A DNA stretch of 64,000 bases from an uncultured Lachnospiraceae bacterium (GTDB taxonomy: Bacteria > Bacillota > Clostridia > TANB77 > CAG-508). The stretch lies in the NCBI GenBank assembly GCA_945917765.1, contig CAMEHU010000001.1, forward strand, positions 29,113 through 93,112. The letters run 5' to 3'. The translations under genes were made by a program, and so were the position numbers. The notes under the pieces are model-generated. The model was not told where the DNA came from. It saw only the letters and a program-made list of their open reading frames with translations, and did no database searches. This document shows, piece by piece, positions 30,166-39,505 of the stretch; the first letter of the stretch is position 1; the number at the start of each line of letters is the position of its first letter.

Positions 30166-31847
30166 TAACTTTTGTTTTTCTTGACATATTTTAGTAAATT
30201 TTGATAAATATCTTGATATTTAAAAACAATCTCGACTTTTTTATCTTCAAAAATATATATGCATTCTATAAATTTAAAAAGTATATCTCTATCAATTTTC
30301 TTAAATAATTCTCTATTGTTAAAAAGTTTTATTAAATCAACTTGATAGTTTGGAATATTATCTAATTCTTCCAATTCCTTATCAATTATTTTAATTGTTT
30401 CTCTAATTTCTAAAATTTCATTATTATATGAACTTGAATAATTTTTATAATCTTCAAAAGTTATTATTTCTTCTTTCCAATCTGTATATAAAGATTGTTT
30501 TAATTTCATTTTTTGGTTAATACTTTCTGATAAAGTATTTTTTCTTTCTAGCAGAATATCTCCTTTTATTGATAATTTTTTATTTTTAGAAATCAATTCT
30601 AAATCATCATTTAATTTGGTAACTAACTTTATTTGCTTGTTAATTGATTTTCTTACAATTTCAATTAAATCGTCTTCTTTTATTCTATGAGGAGTACAGC
30701 CCTTTGAATTAACTTTATTAGTACCACATATATAATATTTTAATCTACTTCCATCTTTTCTTGGTCTTCTACTCTCTAAATAATAAAGTCCTCTATGACA
30801 ATCATTACAAATTAAAAAGCCTGAAAACAAAGCGTAATCATGATTTTTTCTTCTTATTTGAATTATCTTTGAATAATACTTTTCTTGAATCCATTTAAAA
30901 TCTTCTTTACTTACTAATGCTTCATGGGTATTTTCAACTCTAATCCAATCTTCTTTTTCTACATCTATTCTTTTCTTCAACTTATAACTTATTTTATTCT
31001 TTTTATTTTGAATTAAGTTACCTGTATAAATTTCATTTCTTAATATATTTGATATAATTCTTGGATTCCATTTTATTTCATCAATATTTTCATCTGTTAC
31101 AATATTAGTCTTATAAGATTGACCTTTTTGCTTTTTATATTGAGAAGGTGTTGGAAATTTTCTTTCGTTAAGATAATCTGCAATCTGAATTGCTGTTTTA
31201 TTATTTAATGCTAATTCAAAAATCAGTTTCACTATTTTTGCACCTTCCATATCAATTAGCAAATGATATTTATTATCTGGATCTTTTCTATATCCAAATG
31301 GTACATGTGCAGCTATATATTCTCCCTTTTTTTGTTTTATTCTATATACAGATTTTATCTTTCTTGAAATATCTCTTGCGTATTCATCATTAATAAGATT
31401 CTTGAAATTTACTAACATACTGCTCGATGACTCAGGATTTTTAAAGCTATCTATTTTATCAATTATTGATATGAATCGTACCCTCATAGTTGGAAAAGTA
31501 TCTTCTAAAAATCTTCCAACCTCTACATAGTTCCTGCCAAACCTTGATAAATCTTTAACTATGATTGTATCGATTTTACTTTTTTTTAAATCTTTTAACA
31601 TTTCTTGAAATCCTGGTCTATTGAAACTTGTGCCAGAATATCCATCATCTACATATTCACTAATAAAAACCAAATCTTCATTACTATCAATATACTTTTT
31701 TATAATTCTTCTTTGATTTTCTATACTATTACTCTCTGTATCTTTTTTAATTTTGTCTTCTTGGGATAATCTCAAATATATTCCAACTTTAAATAAAGTA
31801 TCATTTTCATTTCTATATCTCGAAATAGACATTTTCATCACCTCCAT
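30150..31847 (-). CDS. Large serine recombinase (4th in operon)
   Basis: YLRLS catalytic motif, DDGYSG, RPGF, DLSRFGRN, recombinase domain, Zn ribbon CNDC, coiled coil. Confidence 0.93.
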   Translation of the reverse strand: MEVMKMSISRYRNENDTLFKVGIYLRLSQEDKIKKDTESNSIENQRRIIKKYIDSNEDLVFISEYVDDGYSGTSFNRPGFQEMLKDLKKSKIDTIIVKDLSRFGRNYVEVGRFLEDTFPTMRVRFISIIDKIDSFKNPESSSSMLVNFKNLINDEYARDISRKIKSVYRIKQKKGEYIAAHVPFGYRKDPDNKYHLLIDMEGAKIVKLIFELALNNKTAIQIADYLNERKFPTPSQYKKQKGQSYKTNIVTDENIDEIKWNPRIISNILRNEIYTGNLIQNKKNKISYKLKKRIDVEKEDWIRVENTHEALVSKEDFKWIQEKYYSKIIQIRRKNHDYALFSGFLICNDCHRGLYYLESRRPRKDGSRLKYYICGTNKVNSKGCTPHRIKEDDLIEIVRKSINKQIKLVTKLNDDLELISKNKKLSIKGDILLERKNTLSESINQKMKLKQSLYTDWKEEIITFEDYKNYSSSYNNEILEIRETIKIIDKELEELDNIPNYQVDLIKLFNNRELFKKIDRDILFKFIECIYIFEDKKVEIVFKYQDIYQNLLKYVKKNKSYLKPA

Positions 31848-31907
31848 TACAATTTACTTTATTTTGATTGTTTGTACGATTGTGTCATTTTATATTTTGC
31901 ACATTAT

Positions 31908-31935
31908 AAAAGCAGAGCTTCAATTTACTCTGCTA
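31908..31935 (-). terminator. Possible terminator/attenuator between the 3rd and 4th recombinase
   Basis: Minus-strand agcagag..ctctgct stem followed by a short T tract. Confidence 0.5.
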
Positions 31936-33597
31936 TGTATTCTTTTTAATCTTTTTTGCTAACTTCAATAATTTTTTATATTCATCTTGATATTTAAATT
32001 CAATTTCAATAGTTCCGTCTTCATTTGAATAAATATTATTTATTAAATCATCAATTAACTTTTTATTAAGTGTTTTAATATTTTCATACTCTTTTATATT
32101 TTTAAATATTTCCTTATTATCATTTAGCTTTTCTTCTTCTTCCAATTTTTCAGAATATTTCTTGTATCTATCATTTAATATGTTAATTGTTTTTTCTGCA
32201 CCATTAACATATTTCATATATTCTTCTTTTGTAATAATACCAAGTTTCCAATCTTCATAAAACTTTTGCTTTATTTTCCTTTTTTCTTTCATTTCTTTTT
32301 CAATTCTTTCAATTGTTGCTTTTGTATCATTATCAGTTCCTTGATTTATTATTTCATCAATTAATTTGTCTGCTTTGAGATATAGTTTAATTTGATGTTT
32401 TATTGCTTTTAAAACAATCTTATCTAAATTTTCACTTCTAATCATATTTTTTATACATTCATTTCTAGAAATATTAGTATAGGTAGAACAATAATAATTG
32501 TAATTCATAATTTCTGGATTACTTCTTCTATGTCCTGTATATTTTCTAATCATAAATTTTTTACATTTACCACATTTCAAATGTCCTGCATATAAATTAG
32601 GCTGGCTTTTAATTGCACCTGTATATTGTTTTTCTTCTAATATCTTTTGAACTTTTTTAAATTCCTCTCTTGTAATTATTGCATCATGTGTATTTTCGAC
32701 AATGATCCATTCTTCTTTATCTGTTCTTATTGATTTATGGTTTTTATGACTTAAACATTTTTGTTTGCCTTGAATCAAATCACCACAATATACTTGATTT
32801 TCTAATATAGATTTAACCGATTGAATAGTCCATTTTTTATTAGAAATTGTTTCTTCTGTACAACTGGGATTTCCATATTTTAAATTTTGAACTTCTTTTT
32901 TATATCTTGAAGGGCAATAGATGTCATTATCGTTCAAATACCTTACTATAGCGCCATATCCTTCTCCATCTATGAATTTTTTATATATTAATTTTATTAT
33001 TTTAGCTGCTTCGTCATCAATTATAAACTTATGCTTATCCTCTGGGTTTTTGATATAGCCATAAGGAGCAAGTCCTTGCATAAAATTTCCTTTTTTAGCC
33101 CCAATAAGTTTAACACTTCTAATTTTTCTAGATATATCTCTACAATACTCTTCATTTATCATATTTTTAAAAGGAAATATCATGCTATTTAGTGATTCAG
33201 GATTTTTAAAATTATCTATTTTATCACTTATTGATATAAATCTAATTTTGTACTGAGGAAATACTTGTTCAATAAAATTTCCAACTTCAATATAGTTTCT
33301 ACCAAACCTTGACAAGTCTTTAACTATAATTGTATTTATAGATCCTTTTTGAATATCATCTAGCATTCTTTGAAAAGAAGGTCTTTTAAAGTCTGTTCCA
33401 GTAAAGCCATCATCTATATAATAATCATATAATTCAATATCACTCTCATTTTTTAAGTAATAATCAATTATTTCTCTTTGACTTGTCACAGAATTGCTTT
33501 CTTCTTTATCACCATCTTCTTGGCTTAATCTTATATATGCAGCACAATTAAATTTTTTCTTAGTTATTTCATTCGACTTATATCTACTTTTCCCCAT
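31933..33597 (-). CDS. Large serine recombinase (3rd)
   Basis: YIRLS, DDGFTG, DLSRFGRN, Zn ribbon CGKC. Confidence 0.93.
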   Translation of the reverse strand: MGKSRYKSNEITKKKFNCAAYIRLSQEDGDKEESNSVTSQREIIDYYLKNESDIELYDYYIDDGFTGTDFKRPSFQRMLDDIQKGSINTIIVKDLSRFGRNYIEVGNFIEQVFPQYKIRFISISDKIDNFKNPESLNSMIFPFKNMINEEYCRDISRKIRSVKLIGAKKGNFMQGLAPYGYIKNPEDKHKFIIDDEAAKIIKLIYKKFIDGEGYGAIVRYLNDNDIYCPSRYKKEVQNLKYGNPSCTEETISNKKWTIQSVKSILENQVYCGDLIQGKQKCLSHKNHKSIRTDKEEWIIVENTHDAIITREEFKKVQKILEEKQYTGAIKSQPNLYAGHLKCGKCKKFMIRKYTGHRRSNPEIMNYNYYCSTYTNISRNECIKNMIRSENLDKIVLKAIKHQIKLYLKADKLIDEIINQGTDNDTKATIERIEKEMKEKRKIKQKFYEDWKLGIITKEEYMKYVNGAEKTINILNDRYKKYSEKLEEEEKLNDNKEIFKNIKEYENIKTLNKKLIDDLINNIYSNEDGTIEIEFKYQDEYKKLLKLAKKIKKNT

Positions 33598-35191
33598 TGC
33601 TTATCTCCTTACTAAAATTTCTTATCATTTCATATACATCATTATTCAAATATATAATTTCAATTGATTTATCTGATTTTACATATATTACTTCAATCAA
33701 TTCTTCTAATATTTTTTCATTAAGTTCATCTAAATTACGATATTTCTTAAAACATCTTATAAAATCTTTAATAATTCTTTTGTCATGTGATAATGTGAAT
33801 TCCTTTTCTTTAAGTTTGTTTAATTCTTTCAAAAGTTTCTTCATTTCGTTATTGTATGTTTCAAAATAAAAATCATAATCGTCATTTGTAATTAAATCTT
33901 TCTTTAAATCGTACAAAATTTCTTTTTTTAAATTTTCTAATTCTTCCATTCTCTTATTTTTTAAAGATATTTCATCTGCAATTTTAACTAATTCTTCATT
34001 ATCATGCATAGAATCGAGTTTATTAATTTCAAAATCTATTAGAAATTCTGTATCACTATTTATTTTCTCAATTACTTTACTCATTAATTCTTCATATTTA
34101 ATACTTCTGCTTAAGCAAAGTTTCTTTGACATTCTTTTATAAGTGAAACAATTATATACCAAATAAGTTTTATCTTTGTATTTGTTGCATGATGTTTTAA
34201 CCATATTTTTTTTACAATCATAGCATTTTAAATATCCTCTAAAGATTGAGTTAAAAACATTTCTTTTTAACTTTGTAGCTGTCGTCCTAGATAAGATACA
34301 TTCTTGAGCTTTTTTGAATGTTTCTTTATCTATTATTGGCTCATGATGATTTTCAACTCTAATCCAATCTTCTTTTGGCACAGGAACACTAACTCTTACT
34401 TTATTATTTAGTGTGGTAGTTTTTCCTTGAACTAAAGTGCCACAGTAAACTTCATTTTTTAGAATATTACTTATTTTTGTAGAATCCCAATAATATTTTT
34501 TAGAATGCTCAACATTATTTCTTTTACAAAAATGTTCTTTTGGACAATCAATATTTTCTTCATTTAGTTTATAAGCAATTTTTGTTGAGCTTTCTCCTGC
34601 AATGCACATTTCAAATATCATTGTAATTATATCTTTAACTTCTAAATCTATAACATAGTTTTTATCTTTTAATAAATATCCATATGGTGCAGAACCACTG
34701 GTTATTTCTCCATTCAACCTTTGTACTTCTTTTACTTTTTTTACTTTTCTAGCAATATCCCTACAATATTCATCGTTCATTAGATTTTTAAATGGTACTA
34801 TTACGCTATTTAAAGACTCGGGATTTTTAACATTATCAATGTTGTCATTAATAGATATAAATCTTATTCCCATACTTGGGAATATATAATCTATATATCT
34901 TCCAACTTCGATATAGTTTCTACCAAATCTTGATAAATCTTTAACTATAATGCAATCTATTTTTTTATCATACATATCTTTCATCATTCTTTGAAATCCT
35001 GGTCTATCAAAATTTGTTCCAGTTCTGCCATCATCAGAATAATATCCGTAAATCGAAATATCATCTTGCTCGTCTATAAATTCGTTAATTAAATCCCTTT
35101 GATTCTTTATAGAATTGCTTTCTTCAAATTTGTTGCCATCTTCTCTCGAAAGTCTTATATAGGCTCCAGCTTTATAAATTTTTTTATCCAT
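33584..35191 (-). CDS. Large serine recombinase (2nd)
   Basis: YIRLS, DDGRTG, DLSRFGRN, Zn ribbon CYDC. Confidence 0.93.
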   Translation of the reverse strand: MDKKIYKAGAYIRLSREDGNKFEESNSIKNQRDLINEFIDEQDDISIYGYYSDDGRTGTNFDRPGFQRMMKDMYDKKIDCIIVKDLSRFGRNYIEVGRYIDYIFPSMGIRFISINDNIDNVKNPESLNSVIVPFKNLMNDEYCRDIARKVKKVKEVQRLNGEITSGSAPYGYLLKDKNYVIDLEVKDIITMIFEMCIAGESSTKIAYKLNEENIDCPKEHFCKRNNVEHSKKYYWDSTKISNILKNEVYCGTLVQGKTTTLNNKVRVSVPVPKEDWIRVENHHEPIIDKETFKKAQECILSRTTATKLKRNVFNSIFRGYLKCYDCKKNMVKTSCNKYKDKTYLVYNCFTYKRMSKKLCLSRSIKYEELMSKVIEKINSDTEFLIDFEINKLDSMHDNEELVKIADEISLKNKRMEELENLKKEILYDLKKDLITNDDYDFYFETYNNEMKKLLKELNKLKEKEFTLSHDKRIIKDFIRCFKKYRNLDELNEKILEELIEVIYVKSDKSIEIIYLNNDVYEMIRNFSKEISNGEK

Positions 35192-36806
35192 AGTTTATCT
35201 CCTTTCCTATCATTTCTAATATTTTCTTGTTTATATCGTTATATTTAAATTTTATTTCTATTTTATTATTTTCAAATACATATATTGTTTCAATTAATTC
35301 ATCTACAGTTTCTCTATCCAATGAAGTGATATTACAAAATTGCTTATACTTCACAATATAATTATCTATTGTTTCGTCTTTCATGCCATTAAGTTTATCT
35401 TCAAATTCTTTAATTTTATTATTAATTTCATTTATGCTTTTAGAATAATTTTCTACAAATATAAAATAATCATTTTGAGATATAATGTTTTTTTTCCAAT
35501 CCATATATGATTCTCTTTTCAATACATCTAATTTTGATAATTCTTCATTTAGTTCTTTTATTTTCTCTTTATACTCTGCTTTCATTTCTTCTTTTCTATT
35601 TTCAGCATAAATTTTTTTTATTAATTTTTCTTGTTCTAAAACAAGTTTAGTTTGATTTTGAATTGCTTTTAATACTAAATCTTCTAAAACTTCATATTTA
35701 ATACCATGTCTTGTACATAAATTATGAGATTTTCTTGTATAAGTTGAGCAATAATAGTGAACCACTCTTGATCCATCTTTTCTTATAGTGCCAGATGTAT
35801 TTTTATGCATAGCACATTTACAATCACCACACTTAACTTTCCCTGCAAATGTTGATATTGTCCCATCATGATTACATTTCCATCCTCGGCTATCTAACAT
35901 CTTTTGAACTTTATCAAAATCATTATAACTTACTAATGCTTCATGAGTTCCTTTTACAATAATCCAATTTTCTTTGCTGTTTTTTACTCTTTTGTGTATT
36001 TTATAGCTAACTGTCTTATATTTACATTGAACCATTTCACCTAAATACACTCTGTTTCTTAATATATGAGCAACCATACTATCATTCCAATAGTTGCTTT
36101 TACCACTATTTCTATAATTACATTTGATTTTTAAAACATTTATTTTATGAAGTGATGGAGTATTTATTCCATCTTTATTTAATTTTCTGGCAATTGCTGT
36201 TGTTCCTAATCCTTTTAGTGCATTTTTAAATATTTTTTTTACAACTTTTGCAGCCTCGTCATCTATAACCAATTTATGTTTGTCTTCGGTACTTCTAATA
36301 TATCCATAAGGAATCATTGAACCCATAAATTCGCCATTTCTTTTTCTTGTATTTAATGCATATTTAACTTTTTGTGATATATCTCTACAATATTCGTCAT
36401 TCATTAAATTTTTGAAAGGTACTATAATACTGTTTATTGATTCTGGATCTTTATAACTATCTATACAATCATTAATCGCAATGAATCTAATATTATTAAC
36501 AGGAAATATCTGCTCTAAATAGTTACCAACTTCAATATAGTTTCTACCAAATCTTGATAAATCTTTTACTATAATGGTATTTATAACATTATTTTCGACA
36601 TCAGCAATTAATCTTTTAAAATCTGGTCTGTCAAAATTTGTTCCAGACCATCCATCATCAATATAATAGTCATATACATTTAGTTCTTTATCCTCACTAA
36701 TATAACTATTAATAAGTTCTCTCTGATTTGTTACAGAATTACTTTCTTCTTTATCTCCATCTTCTTGACTTAATCTAATATATATTCCAACATTCCATTT
36801 ATTCAT
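35184..36806 (-). CDS. Large serine recombinase (1st)
   Basis: YIRLS, DDGWSG, DLSRFGRN, Zn ribbon CGDC. Confidence 0.93.
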   Translation of the reverse strand: MNKWNVGIYIRLSQEDGDKEESNSVTNQRELINSYISEDKELNVYDYYIDDGWSGTNFDRPDFKRLIADVENNVINTIIVKDLSRFGRNYIEVGNYLEQIFPVNNIRFIAINDCIDSYKDPESINSIIVPFKNLMNDEYCRDISQKVKYALNTRKRNGEFMGSMIPYGYIRSTEDKHKLVIDDEAAKVVKKIFKNALKGLGTTAIARKLNKDGINTPSLHKINVLKIKCNYRNSGKSNYWNDSMVAHILRNRVYLGEMVQCKYKTVSYKIHKRVKNSKENWIIVKGTHEALVSYNDFDKVQKMLDSRGWKCNHDGTISTFAGKVKCGDCKCAMHKNTSGTIRKDGSRVVHYYCSTYTRKSHNLCTRHGIKYEVLEDLVLKAIQNQTKLVLEQEKLIKKIYAENRKEEMKAEYKEKIKELNEELSKLDVLKRESYMDWKKNIISQNDYFIFVENYSKSINEINNKIKEFEDKLNGMKDETIDNYIVKYKQFCNITSLDRETVDELIETIYVFENNKIEIKFKYNDINKKILEMIGKEINYG

Positions 36807-37042
36807 ATTCTAATTCCCCATTCTGGAATAATAATGTTTGAAATTTTAACACCATTCCAATATTTAATCTTAATATTTGCACATTTATTTTGAAAAATTT
36901 TATTTTTAATTTCTCCCATTGTTATATACTCTCTTTTTATTTTTGCTAAAGTCTGTGAAATCATATTTATATTTAATACACTATCTTCAGTTTCTTCTTT
37001 TTTGCTAATTCTAACGTACATAGCAAACTTCAATTCATTCAT
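36803..37042 (-). CDS. 79-aa protein starting with a serine-recombinase catalytic-strand motif
   Basis: FAMYVRISKKEETEDS parallels GIYIRLSQEDGDKEES; GAAGGGAG RBS; ATGA overlap with recombinase 1. Confidence 0.65.
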   Translation of the reverse strand: MNELKFAMYVRISKKEETEDSVLNINMISQTLAKIKREYITMGEIKNKIFQNKCANIKIKYWNGVKISNIIIPEWGIRI

Positions 37043-37120
37043 ATTTTTCTCCCTTCGGCTACATAATATCTAAAATTTAAAGACCAAGCCAATGTGCGAT
37101 TCTGGAATTTTTATACTTGA

Positions 37121-37408
37121 TTATTTATTAATAATTTGCTTTATAGCATTATGAATACAGTCCTCAGCCTCCACTCCATTTTCTTGATATGAAAATTTAA
37201 CAACATAACCATCAATATTAAAAAAATAAGGATTACTAACTTTTTTTAAAAAGTCAATAACCCTTTCTTCTGGTTCTAAATTTTCATCTATTTTTATATT
37301 ATCTATATTATCTATTTCACTAACATTAATGTTTTTAATATTCATACTTTTGTAATTATTTATTTTACTTTCGATTTCTTTTTGTTCTTCTAAACTCAAC
37401 GATCTCAT
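37121..37408 (-). CDS. DUF6870-like small protein that typically precedes serine recombinase clusters
   Basis: IKIDENLEPEERVIDFLKKVSNPYFF...VVKFSY pattern and position. Confidence 0.65.
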   Translation of the reverse strand: MRSLSLEEQKEIESKINNYKSMNIKNINVSEIDNIDNIKIDENLEPEERVIDFLKKVSNPYFFNIDGYVVKFSYQENGVEAEDCIHNAIKQIINK

Positions 37409-37607
37409 AATTACCTCCTTCTAAAACTTTTATTCTGTAGCATTCTAAATAAAATTCATTTTTTTTATAATTCCAGATAGAGGATTTCATAACTACATCA
37501 AGCACCTTTTCTTTAGCCTCATTCATATTATGTGCTTGCAACATCATATTTTCTTTTTGGTTATTATGGACAATACAAACTAGATAATTAAATAATCTTT
37601 CTCTCAT
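37365..37607 (-). CDS. Hypothetical protein
   Basis: 80-aa ORF with a GGAGG RBS, overlapping both neighbours. Confidence 0.6.
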   Translation of the reverse strand: MRERLFNYLVCIVHNNQKENMMLQAHNMNEAKEKVLDVVMKSSIWNYKKNEFYLECYRIKVLEGGNYEIVEFRRTKRNRK

Positions 37608-37705
37608 TGCTTATCCTCCCAAGAAGAACATCTACTTGAAACTATACAAGCAGCATAACAAAATATTGCTATTATCAAAAATATTATTCCTATTATTATA
37701 ATCAT
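37604..37705 (-). CDS. Unannotated 33-aa single-TM peptide MIIIIGIIFLIIAIFCYAACIVSSRCSSWEDKQ
   Basis: AGGAG RBS inside the mazF 3' end; ATGA overlaps at both ends. Confidence 0.55.
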   Translation of the reverse strand: MIIIIGIIFLIIAIFCYAACIVSSRCSSWEDKQ

Positions 37706-38079
37706 TTACTTTTCCTCCTAAATTCCAAAGTTTTTTCTAATCCTTTATTTATCTTTTTTATAGTTTTATTATTTGCTCTACCTATAAATTCATTCTTAAT
37801 TCGGCTTTTATCTAATACTCTTATTTGTTCTAATAAAATAACTGAATCATACTTCAGCTTTCCAAATTTTTTTATATTTATATGAGATGGCAAATTTGGT
37901 TTATTGTTTATTTTTTTAGTAAGTGGTGCAATTATAACGGTTGGATTTTTCCAGTTTCCTTTATCAGTTTGTACAACAATTACTGGTCTAATTCCACCTT
38001 GTTCACTACCTATTTTAGGTTCTAAATTTGCATAAAAAATTGTGCCTTTTAAATATCTCAAAACTACTCCTTCCTTCAT
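37702..38079 (-). CDS. PemK/MazF family toxin (no adjacent antitoxin)
   Basis: GSEQGGIRPVIVVQ, IIAPLT, ILLEQIRVLDKSR; the real start is probably TTG at 38061. Confidence 0.88.
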   Translation of the reverse strand: MKEGVVLRYLKGTIFYANLEPKIGSEQGGIRPVIVVQTDKGNWKNPTVIIAPLTKKINNKPNLPSHINIKKFGKLKYDSVILLEQIRVLDKSRIKNEFIGRANNKTIKKINKGLEKTLEFRRKSK

Positions 38080-38139
38080 GTAAAAAGGTCAAACATAATT
38101 TGACCTTTATTGATTTCATTATATTTATTATTGTTAATA

Positions 38140-38285
38140 TTTTTCCTTGAACCCCTTAACACTGGGAAATCATCAAACGATTGAAAGCTACTTCAATTCC
38201 ACGAGAATTTCACTCTCTTGTGGTTCTCACAAGACTGCCCCCATTGCGTGAGTCTGTGGCTAGGCAGGAGTATCATTATTACTAT
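38140..38285 (-). ncRNA. Candidate structured RNA leader upstream of the mazF-recombinase operon
   Basis: GC-rich non-coding island with several stems, including GAGAG-TGAAA-TTCTC (T-loop-like) and agact/agtct. Confidence 0.4.
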
Positions 38286-38512
38286 TATTAATCTTCGCAT
38301 ATTAGGAGCAACCTAATTTTATAATCAAATATTAATCGACATGCGTATTTATTAATGTGCTTTTAATAATAGGAATGTATTTGATGAATGTATATAAAAT
38401 TTTCAAAGATCATAAAGTTTCTTAGCTTTAAAAATAAAAGCGAGGAACTTTGAAAGGACTTTATTCCTTTCAATTGTTTCCTCACTTAAATCAGAAATCG
38501 GAACCTATTTTT

Positions 38513-38992
38513 TTAAATTAATTTATTTTTTTCAAAATAACATTTAATTTTATTTCTTCCTTGTTCTAATGATTTTCGAATCATTCTATCTGAACAATGC
38601 TCTAATGTTGCTATTTGAGAAGTTGTTAATTCTTCAAAATAAAACATTTTAATTCTTCTTTTTATAGTTTTTGGTAATTCATTAATTGCTTTCATTAAAT
38701 CTTCATACCTAGATTTTTTTATAAAGTCATCTTCAATACTACCATAAATAAGATTTGCTCTTTTATATAATGTTTCTTCATACACTTCTGATCTTTCTTT
38801 ATGCCTTTCATCTTTATTCATTTGAGATTTATCTTCTAGTTCAAATTCATTAAAAGCCTCAAATTGTTTTTCTGTAACTTCTACAGTATTTAATATATTT
38901 TTTACATCTTTAAATTCAACATAGTATTTATTATTAATTACTAATAATGTATATGGATTATCTTTACTTTTCCTTCTTTTAGGTCTATTCAC
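38513..38992 (-). CDS. Sigma-70 region-4 domain regulator (Tn916 Orf7-like)
   Basis: AINELPKTIKRRIKMFYFEELTTSQIATLEHCS region-4 HTH; GTG start after GGAGG. Confidence 0.82.
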   Translation of the reverse strand: MNRPKRRKSKDNPYTLLVINNKYYVEFKDVKNILNTVEVTEKQFEAFNEFELEDKSQMNKDERHKERSEVYEETLYKRANLIYGSIEDDFIKKSRYEDLMKAINELPKTIKRRIKMFYFEELTTSQIATLEHCSDRMIRKSLEQGRNKIKCYFEKNKLI

Positions 38993-39058
38993 CTTTATTC
39001 CTCCAATCAATCTAAATTTTTTAAATTGATTGGAATAGGTGGACTTCTACACCTAAAA

Positions 39059-39075
39059 ACCGACATTTTTCGACA
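39059..39075 (-). promoter_or_regulatory. Tandem Spo0A-like boxes upstream of the ICE sigma-like gene
   Basis: Minus strand reads TGTCGAA-aaa-TGTCGGT. Confidence 0.45.
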
Positions 39076-39505
39076 AAGAAAAAAGCCAGTCGTAAAAACG
39101 TTTTTGTCTTTACAACTGACTTTAACATCAAAATTATTTAATTTTTGAGGGTATTTATCCCACGAATATTCAATATAAATAAAACAAAATAAAATTTTAA
39201 CATAGTTGAAAACTCTCATAAGGCGAATGTCCTCCTTATGTAGAGCTAATGTCTTATAAGAGCTATCACAAAAGAATTTATTTGTCCTTTGTAACTCTTA
39301 ATATTAAATTTTATTTCTTTTTATTCTTTAAATATATTTACAATACATATATCAACTAGCCACCATTATGACATTGCTGCTACTTGGGTTGTATTATATA
39401 CTTTTTTCCTACAAATTTCATTATATTTAAACATTTTCTTAAAAATTGTTAATTTTAAGTATAAAAAAAGAAACACAACTCAAATGTGCTTCTTCACAAT
39501 TAAAA

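Noticed and set aside
30150-36806. Assembly artefact duplicating one recombinase
   Set aside because: The four proteins differ throughout and have distinct C-termini and proper overlapping junctions.
38140-38285. FMN riboswitch or group II intron fragment
   Set aside because: Only the GTGAAA hairpin matches; the other conserved FMN segments, an intron domain V and an RT gene are absent.
39007-39219. 70-aa ORF upstream of the sigma-like gene
   Set aside because: Overlaps hairpins and putative operator sites, has no recognisable family and only a distant RBS; cannot be supported, although a leader peptide is not excluded.
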